Shown here one piece after another: positions 57,677 to 64,000 of a stretch of DNA of 64,000 nucleotides. Source of the DNA: Myxococcales bacterium (GTDB lineage Bacteria > Myxococcota_A > UBA9042); NCBI GenBank assembly GCA_037441385.1, contig JBBISH010000006.1, positions 32,001 through 96,000 of the forward strand, read 5' to 3'. Under the pieces are notes generated by a model. The model saw nothing but the letters and a program-made list of their open reading frames with translations. It was not told the origin of the DNA and made no database searches. The position numbers were made by a program, and so were the translations under genes. Within the stretch, counting starts at the first letter, position 1. Each line of letters starts with the position of its first letter.

Positions 57677-59110
57677 ATGAGCCGCAAGAATCGCCCGTAC
57701 CAGTTCTACGACACCACTGGCGCCGTGTGCAGCACCTGCCTGCGGCAGATCGAGGCCAAGGTGGTCATCGAAGCCGAACGCGTACTGCTGGACAAGTGGT
57801 GCCCGGTGCACGGCATGGAGCGCGTGTTGCTGGCCGATGACCCCGAGTGGTACCGCCTGGGCCGCGAGGTGTTTGTCAAACGGCCCGAGATGCCGGAAAA
57901 GTTCAGCACGCAGATGGAGTTCGGCTGCCCGTACGATTGCGGCCTGTGCCCGGACCACATGCAGCACTCGTGCCTGACCGTGCTCGAGGTCACCGACCAC
58001 TGCAACCTGCGCTGCCCCACCTGCTACGCCGCCTCGGGGCCCGAGCGCACCACCCACCGGCCGCTGACGACGGTGATCGCCATGCTGGACGCGGCGGTGC
58101 GCAATGAGGGCGAGGCCGACGTGGTGCAGATCTCGGGCGGCGAGCCGACCTTGCACCCCGACTTCTTTGCGATTTTGGACGCGGCGCGCGCGCGGTCGAT
58201 CCGCCACTTGATGGTCAACAGCAACGGTCTGCGCATCGCCCAGGACCAGGACTTTGTGACGCGGCTGGCCGAGTACAAGAAGGGCTTCGAGATCTATCTG
58301 CAATTCGACTCGCTGCAACGCGAGCCCCTGCTGGACCTGCGCGGCGCGGACCTGCGCTCGGTGCACAGCAAGGCCCTGGACAACCTGAACGCCGCTGGGA
58401 TCTCCACCACCCTGGTGATGACCGTCAAGCGAGGCGTCAACGACGGCGAGATCGGCGCGGTCCTCGACTACGCCCGCCAGCAACCCTGCGTGCGCGGTGT
58501 GACGCTGCAACCGGTGCAAGAGGCGGGGCGCTGCGATCACTTCGACAGCCGGCAACACCGCCTGACCGTGAGCGAATTGCGCCGCAAGATCGCCGAGCAG
58601 TTCCCGACCCTGACCTTGCGCGACATCGTGCCGGTGCCGTGCAACCCCGACACGCTGGCGATGGCCTATGCGATTCGCCAGGGGCCCGAGCTGGTGCCTC
58701 TGACCCGCTACCTGGACTACCAGACCTTGGTCGAGGGCGGCGGCAACACCATCGCTTTCGAGCGCGACCCGCAGTTGCGCGACAAGGTCTTCAGCCTGTT
58801 GTCGACGGGGCACTCGCCCGAGAGTCAGGCGAATTGTTTGTCGGATTTGCTGTGTTGCCTGCCGCAAGTCGCCGCGCCCAGCCACCTGGGCTACCAAGAC
58901 GTGTTCCGCGTGCTGATCGTGCAGTTCATGGACGCCCACAACCTGGACCTGCGGGCGCTGAAAAAGAGCTGTGTACACATGGTCCAGCCCGACGGGCGCA
59001 TGATCCCGTTCGAGAGCTACAACCTGCTGTACCGCGACGAGCGGGCGCAGACGCTGGCGCAATTGCGCAGCGAGCTCAAGGCTTTTCATCAACTCCGCTT
59101 GGGTCGCTAG
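57677..59110 (+). CDS. Radical SAM protein of Tes/MJ0619-like architecture
   Basis: N-terminal CSTC...CPVH and GCPYDCGLCPDH; radical SAM CNLRCPTC; QISGGEPT and YLQFD; C-terminal KKSCVH...DGRMIPF. Confidence 0.85.
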   Translation: MSRKNRPYQFYDTTGAVCSTCLRQIEAKVVIEAERVLLDKWCPVHGMERVLLADDPEWYRLGREVFVKRPEMPEKFSTQMEFGCPYDCGLCPDHMQHSCLTVLEVTDHCNLRCPTCYAASGPERTTHRPLTTVIAMLDAAVRNEGEADVVQISGGEPTLHPDFFAILDAARARSIRHLMVNSNGLRIAQDQDFVTRLAEYKKGFEIYLQFDSLQREPLLDLRGADLRSVHSKALDNLNAAGISTTLVMTVKRGVNDGEIGAVLDYARQQPCVRGVTLQPVQEAGRCDHFDSRQHRLTVSELRRKIAEQFPTLTLRDIVPVPCNPDTLAMAYAIRQGPELVPLTRYLDYQTLVEGGGNTIAFERDPQLRDKVFSLLSTGHSPESQANCLSDLLCCLPQVAAPSHLGYQDVFRVLIVQFMDAHNLDLRALKKSCVHMVQPDGRMIPFESYNLLYRDERAQTLAQLRSELKAFHQLRLGR

Positions 59111-59115
59111 CGCAG

Positions 59116-59826
59116 CTACTTCGGTTTGTTGCAGCAGATCGCGGGCGCGCATGAGCCGATCACGAATTCCACGCCATATTCCACGGTTTTGCGTCGCCAG
59201 CACAGGGCGTTGTCGCCGCATTCCGAGTCGTCGGTGCACAGCATCGAGCACCAGGCTGGCGCGTCGGGACGGATCGCCACGGGGCAAGTCTTGGCGGCCA
59301 GGTTGCCCGCGCAGTCGCTCATGGTCGTGCAGGGCTTGCCCACGCCAAAGTTGTTGACGCTTCCCGAGTTGCAGGGCTGCGTGCAGGTGGCGCCGTCGGG
59401 AATGTCGATGGAATACGTCGCGGCGCACTGGACCGGCATGCAAACCTTGGGCTCCTTGGGGCCGCGCGGCACGCAGACGCCGCCGTCGCCGCATTCGTTC
59501 GGCATGCCAAAGCAGTACTGGGCGCAGAAGTGCGGGGCGCCGTTGCCCAGGTTGTTCAAACAGGTCACGGCGTCCTGGCCGTAGCAGTCTTCTGGCTTGT
59601 TGCAGGGCTTGCCCAAGCCGCTGCTGTTGACGGGCGTGGCGGCGCAGGGCGGGCCCACGGCAGCGTCGCCAGCGTCCAACGAAGTATCTGATTTTGAGTT
59701 GGTTGCGCTGTCCGTGTCCGCGCTGGCGTCTACGGCGCCGCTCGTAGCCGGAGTGGTGGCGGGGCTGCTGCAGGCCAGCGCAAGCCATGTGGCCACGGCG
59801 GCGAGCGGGCGGATCGGGTACGGCAT
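59116..59826 (-). CDS. Cysteine-rich lipoprotein with two 10-Cys 'GVGKPC' repeats (paralog of 5562-6278)
   Basis: Lipobox WLALA-C; repeats GLGKPC...ECGDG.CVPRG and GVGKPC...CSMLC...CWRRK...SCAP. Confidence 0.85.
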   Translation of the reverse strand: MPYPIRPLAAVATWLALACSSPATTPATSGAVDASADTDSATNSKSDTSLDAGDAAVGPPCAATPVNSSGLGKPCNKPEDCYGQDAVTCLNNLGNGAPHFCAQYCFGMPNECGDGGVCVPRGPKEPKVCMPVQCAATYSIDIPDGATCTQPCNSGSVNNFGVGKPCTTMSDCAGNLAAKTCPVAIRPDAPAWCSMLCTDDSECGDNALCWRRKTVEYGVEFVIGSCAPAICCNKPK

Positions 59827-59994
59827 GGTGGCCTGGCACGGGCAGCGGCCCACCGTTGCAGTCTACGCGGCGCATCCGGCAAAAGCACCCGCAACTTCTG
59901 GGCAATGGTTTGGCCGGCTTGCCCTTGCGGCCTTGTTGCAAGGGTCGAAAGCGACTAGCCTTCTTGGCACCGGCTTCTTGCTGGGCGGTGTGCG

Positions 59995-61362
59995 ATGCGC
60001 GTAGCCCTGGTCAATCCGCCGTGGATGTACAAGCGCCTGTATACGCACGGGATCTACCCGCCCTACGGCATCTTGATGCTGGCGACGCAGCTCAAGCTGG
60101 CCGGCCACGACGTGCACCTCCTGGACGCCAACGCGCTGGAGTGGAGCGAGGACGAGACCCGCGCCCGCATTGCCGCGTGCGACCCCGATGTACTGGGAAT
60201 TACAATTTTTACCGATGGGTTTGGCTTTGCCGAACGCACCGGGCCGTGGTGGAAGCGCCATTCCGGCGGCAAACCGCTGCTCATTGGCGGGCCTCTGGTG
60301 TCGGGCGCGCCGCAGACGCTGCTTCGGGCCAGTCAGGCGGACGTGGCGGCAATCGGTGAGTCGTTTGTCTCGGGGCCGCAGCTCGTGGCGGCGCTCGAAA
60401 AAGGCACACCGCTGAGCGAGGTTGCGGGTCTGATCCTGCACCACGCCGACGGCAGCTTGCAGCCCACCGGACCCACGCCGGCCTGGGGCGACCTGGACAC
60501 GCTGCCCCTGCCCGACTGGGACCTGTTGCCGGTGGAGCTGTACCTGCAGGGCGGCATGCAGCCGTTCTTCAAGAAGCGCAGGATCAATCGCTACTTGTCG
60601 ACCATCACCACACTGGGCTGCGCCTGGCGCTGCAGTTTTTGCCAGGTGCCCGACCTGTACCCAGGCGTGCGGGCCCGCGATCCCGAGCGGGTGGCCGACG
60701 AGATCGCCCTGTATCGCGAAAAGTATTCCATTGGGGGAATGTACTTTCGCGACGACATCCTGTTCCGTCCCGGCAAGATCGCCGAAGCACTGGGTCGCAA
60801 GGTTCCGGGCCTGCCCTGGAGTTGTCTGCTGCGCGCCGACATGATGACCGACGCCGTGCTGGCCAAGATGGCGGCGGGTGGCTGCGTGGAGATCCGCGTG
60901 GGGTTCGAGAGCGGCGACGACTTGGTGCTGTCGCTGGCCAACAAGAAGACCGAGGTGGCGCAGAATCGCCGCTGCATCGAGCTGGCGCGCAAGCACGGCA
61001 TCGCCATCTCGGGCTTTCTGATCGTAGGTTTGCCCGGCGAGACGGAAGAGAGCCTGGCGGCCACCGAGCGGTTCGTGCGCGAGATGCAGGTCCGCGTTTC
61101 GGTTCACTTTCCTTTGCCGCTCCCTGGCACGGACCTGTACCGTCAGACGCTGGCGCGCGGCGAGATCGGCGACGAGGCGGCCCTGTTGCGCAAGTTTTCG
61201 GAGCCGCAGCTGCCCGGCGCGGTCCTGCAACCGCCGCCCATCAACCAGTGCGATCTGCCCGAGGACGTGCTGGTGCACTGGGCCATGCGGCTTGCCGCCG
61301 CTGGTCAGGCCGCCGATGATGCGGCGAGCGCGCCCACTGGCCACGCCGACGCGCCGTTTTGA
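59995..61362 (+). CDS. Cobalamin (B12)-binding radical SAM protein
   Basis: MRVALVNPP, PPYG, LLDAN, IGGPL, GE; TTLGCAWRCSFC; GFESG, IVGLPGET and PLPGTDLY. Confidence 0.92.
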   Translation: MRVALVNPPWMYKRLYTHGIYPPYGILMLATQLKLAGHDVHLLDANALEWSEDETRARIAACDPDVLGITIFTDGFGFAERTGPWWKRHSGGKPLLIGGPLVSGAPQTLLRASQADVAAIGESFVSGPQLVAALEKGTPLSEVAGLILHHADGSLQPTGPTPAWGDLDTLPLPDWDLLPVELYLQGGMQPFFKKRRINRYLSTITTLGCAWRCSFCQVPDLYPGVRARDPERVADEIALYREKYSIGGMYFRDDILFRPGKIAEALGRKVPGLPWSCLLRADMMTDAVLAKMAAGGCVEIRVGFESGDDLVLSLANKKTEVAQNRRCIELARKHGIAISGFLIVGLPGETEESLAATERFVREMQVRVSVHFPLPLPGTDLYRQTLARGEIGDEAALLRKFSEPQLPGAVLQPPPINQCDLPEDVLVHWAMRLAAAGQAADDAASAPTGHADAPF

Positions 61363-61378
61363 GCCCGCACGAGGTGCC

Positions 61379-63949
61379 GTGAGCCTTCCTTTGCCGACCC
61401 TGGACCAACTCCGCCACGACTTGGGCGCGTTGGGGCTCGATCGCATGGCCCGAGCGGGGTTGCGGCGCGATCCGGGGCAGTACAACCTGCTGGTGCACAT
61501 CGTGCCGCCCGAGGTGGCCAAGGATCACGCCGCCAGCGACCTGGTGGCCGATCGCCTGGCCGAGCCGCCGGGGCCGCTGTGCCTCTATGTCCACATCGCC
61601 GCTTGCACCGGCCGCTGCACCTTTTGCCACTACGCCATCGAGGTCAACCCGAGCGACGAGCAGACTGAGCGGTACCTACGGGCGCTGGAGACGGAGATCA
61701 CGGCCCGCTGGTCCGGCTTGGACGAGCGCAGCCCGGTCCGCTCGCTGATGATCGGCGGCGGCACCCCCACCTACCTCAGCGCCAAGCAACTTGACAGACT
61801 TTTCAAGCACTTGCATGGCACGGTTCGCCTGGATCCCGGCATCGAGCTGACCATCGAGGGCTCGCCCGAGACCATCACCCGCGACAAGCTGCAGGTGCTG
61901 AAGGACCACGGCGTCAACCGCCTGAGCCTGGGCATCCAGAGCTTTGACGACGCCATGCTGCGGCTGCTGGGCCGGCGCCACGACCAGCGCGGGGCCCTGC
62001 ACAGCCTGGAGCTGGCGAGGGAAATCGGCTTCGATCACCTGAACTTGGACCTGATCTACGCCTTGCCGGGCCAGACCCTGGAGGGGTGGCTGGCCGACGT
62101 GGCCCGCGCCGCCGACTTTGGCATCGACAGCCTGACCACCTACCACCTGCGCAAGCGGCCCGACACGGTCATCTCGCGCCACGCCTCGCCCGCCGAAGAC
62201 CTGAATCTTTTGATGCATGTCGGGGCACTGCGGGTGCTGGAGGAGCGCGGTTACCGGCAGTCGCTGGTCGACTACTTCTGCAAGCGGGAGTTGGAGACCG
62301 CCCAGGTCCAGGCCCGCGACAAATGGCGCGACATGCAGCCGGTCGACGGGGTGGGGCTAGAGGCCTGTTCGCGCCGCCGTGGGGTGATCGCTTTTGATCA
62401 CGCCGAGTTTTCGACGTGGATCGCCGCGGTGGAAAACGGCGACGGGCCGCGCGGCTGGCCGCTCGCGCATGGGCGGCTGCTGTCGATCGAAGAACAGATG
62501 GCGCAGCAGGCCATGTTCGGCCTCAAGGTCCTGGATCCGGGCGGTGGTCTGGACAAGGCGGCGTTTGCCCGCGACTTCGGCAAGACTGTGGACGAGGTTT
62601 TTGGCAGCGTTCCCAGCGAGTTGATGGACGCCGGCGCGCTGACCGACACCGGGACGCACCTGCAGTTCACGCCCGGCGGGACGCTGCTGGGCGACGAAGT
62701 GTGCCAGCGCTTCTACACCGAGGAGCTGCGCCGCAAGATGGTGTCGCGGGTGCGGGTGCGCGCCGAGGGCAGCACTGTGGCCGTGCCCCGGGGCAGCGAG
62801 CGGCAGGCGATTGACTCGGCCGAGGTCTTGGTCATTGGCGCCGGCGTGGCCGGCCTGCACACCGCCGCGGCGCTGGCGGCGGATCTGGGCGCGGGCGTGC
62901 TGCTGGTCGAGGCCGAGGGCGAGATCGGCCGTGGCGCTACGGCCGCCGCTCTGGGCGGCTTTCGCACGCAATTTGCCGATCCGCTGCTGGCCGAGCTGAC
63001 GGCGCGGTCGCTGCAGTACTATCAGAAGCGGGCGCTGGGACCGGACGGCCATCGCCTGGGCCTGCAGCGCGACGGCTACGTGTTCTTGGTGGCCACTGCG
63101 GCGGACCGCGCGCTCTGCGAGGCTCAGGCCACGATCGCCCGCCAGCACGGGCAGGCGCTGCAGTGGCTGGAGCCCAAGCAACTGGCTGATCTGATTCCAG
63201 GTATCGCCACGGACGACCTGCTGGGCGCCTGGTACGGGCCCGACGACGGCCGCTTGGACCCGCACGGGGTGGCTTGGCTGGCGCGGCGCGATCTGCTCGA
63301 GCGCGGCGGCCGGCTGCGGCTCGACACGCCCGTCCAAAAGCTGAGGCTGCACAAGGGCTCGGTGGTGGGCGTGGACACGGCGCGCGGCTGGATCGCGGCG
63401 CGGCAGGTGGTGCTGTGCACGGGTGCGGCTACGCCCCAGCTGCTGCAGCAAGCCGGCGTGACGCTGCCCCTGGCGGTGGACAAGCGCCGCATCTTGATGG
63501 CCCAAGGCGCGGATCTTCCAGGCTATCCTGGGCCGCTGGTGCTGGGGCAGACGCCGCCGCTGTACTTCCGGCCCGAATCCAACGGTCTGCTGGTGTCGGC
63601 GCGCGAGCTGAGCAACGACGACGACTTGCCCTGGGACGCGGTGGTCCGCGAGCGGGCGATGGCGCGGCTTCCAGTGCTGAAAACTGCCCGCTGGATCCCG
63701 GGTTGGAGTGGTCAGCAGACCCACAGCCGCGACGGCCGGCCGCTGGTGGGGCCGTGCCCAGGGTTGGAGGGCGCGTTCCTATGCACTGCGTTGGGCGGCG
63801 CGGGGATCATGCACGCTCCGGCGGTGGCGACCCTGGCGGCGGGTTGGGTGCTGGGTACCGCCGATGGCGCGCTGGCGGAGGAGCTGGATCCGCGGCGGGA
63901 CCTTGGTCGCGGTCTGACACAGCTGCGCGATTTGCCGCCAGTAGGGTGA
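61379..63949 (+). CDS. HemN-like (class C) radical SAM domain fused to an FAD-dependent oxidoreductase (DAO/sarcosine oxidase-beta family)
   Basis: GTG 61379 after GAGG. LYVHIAACTGRCTFC, GGGTPT, NRLSLGIQSF and DLIYALPGQT, then VIGAGVAG, GATAAALG, DGRLDP, VVLCTG, DGRPLVG and GAGIMHAP, all in one open frame. Confidence 0.88.
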   Translation: MSLPLPTLDQLRHDLGALGLDRMARAGLRRDPGQYNLLVHIVPPEVAKDHAASDLVADRLAEPPGPLCLYVHIAACTGRCTFCHYAIEVNPSDEQTERYLRALETEITARWSGLDERSPVRSLMIGGGTPTYLSAKQLDRLFKHLHGTVRLDPGIELTIEGSPETITRDKLQVLKDHGVNRLSLGIQSFDDAMLRLLGRRHDQRGALHSLELAREIGFDHLNLDLIYALPGQTLEGWLADVARAADFGIDSLTTYHLRKRPDTVISRHASPAEDLNLLMHVGALRVLEERGYRQSLVDYFCKRELETAQVQARDKWRDMQPVDGVGLEACSRRRGVIAFDHAEFSTWIAAVENGDGPRGWPLAHGRLLSIEEQMAQQAMFGLKVLDPGGGLDKAAFARDFGKTVDEVFGSVPSELMDAGALTDTGTHLQFTPGGTLLGDEVCQRFYTEELRRKMVSRVRVRAEGSTVAVPRGSERQAIDSAEVLVIGAGVAGLHTAAALAADLGAGVLLVEAEGEIGRGATAAALGGFRTQFADPLLAELTARSLQYYQKRALGPDGHRLGLQRDGYVFLVATAADRALCEAQATIARQHGQALQWLEPKQLADLIPGIATDDLLGAWYGPDDGRLDPHGVAWLARRDLLERGGRLRLDTPVQKLRLHKGSVVGVDTARGWIAARQVVLCTGAATPQLLQQAGVTLPLAVDKRRILMAQGADLPGYPGPLVLGQTPPLYFRPESNGLLVSARELSNDDDLPWDAVVRERAMARLPVLKTARWIPGWSGQQTHSRDGRPLVGPCPGLEGAFLCTALGGAGIMHAPAVATLAAGWVLGTADGALAEELDPRRDLGRGLTQLRDLPPVG

Positions 63950-64000
63950 GGCCGCGATGGCGCTCGACGATGGGCGGCAACGGGGACAAGCTAGGTATCT

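Overview
High-GC bacterial window, most likely Myxococcota or a related deltaproteobacterium. That call is inferred from the cysteine-rich lipoproteins, an FHA-type sigma54 activator, a Ser/Thr kinase-like protein and a microcompartment satellite locus. Most of the window is housekeeping: nifJ/PFOR (cut by the left edge), tldD-pmbA, trmL, rluD, a moaD-moaE fusion, pcrA/uvrD, hslO, a GspE/PilB ATPase, ttcA, alr, pilD, yajC-secD-secF-recJ and nnrS. The most striking signal is two loci about 51 kb apart (2526-7900 and 57677-63949). Each pairs paralogous exported lipoproteins, built from a shared 10-cysteine 'G[VL]GKPC' domain, with a cobalamin-dependent radical SAM enzyme. The loci also carry an AsnB-type amidotransferase, a HemN-like radical SAM fused to an FAD oxidase, and a Tes/MJ0619-like radical SAM. 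Together these are a candidate undescribed modification system. Other observations: an identical, highly structured 162-bp element in two inverted copies (43825-43986 and 56127-56288); miniature inverted-repeat elements and a REP between yajC and secD; a phage-tail-fibre-like adhesin with 27-bp tandem repeats; two BMC pentamers next to an aldolase; a frameshifted 5'-nucleotidase; and a pseudokinase. I saw no rRNA, tRNA, CRISPR array or transposase. All calls come from reading motifs by eye, with no database searches, and several start codons are uncertain.
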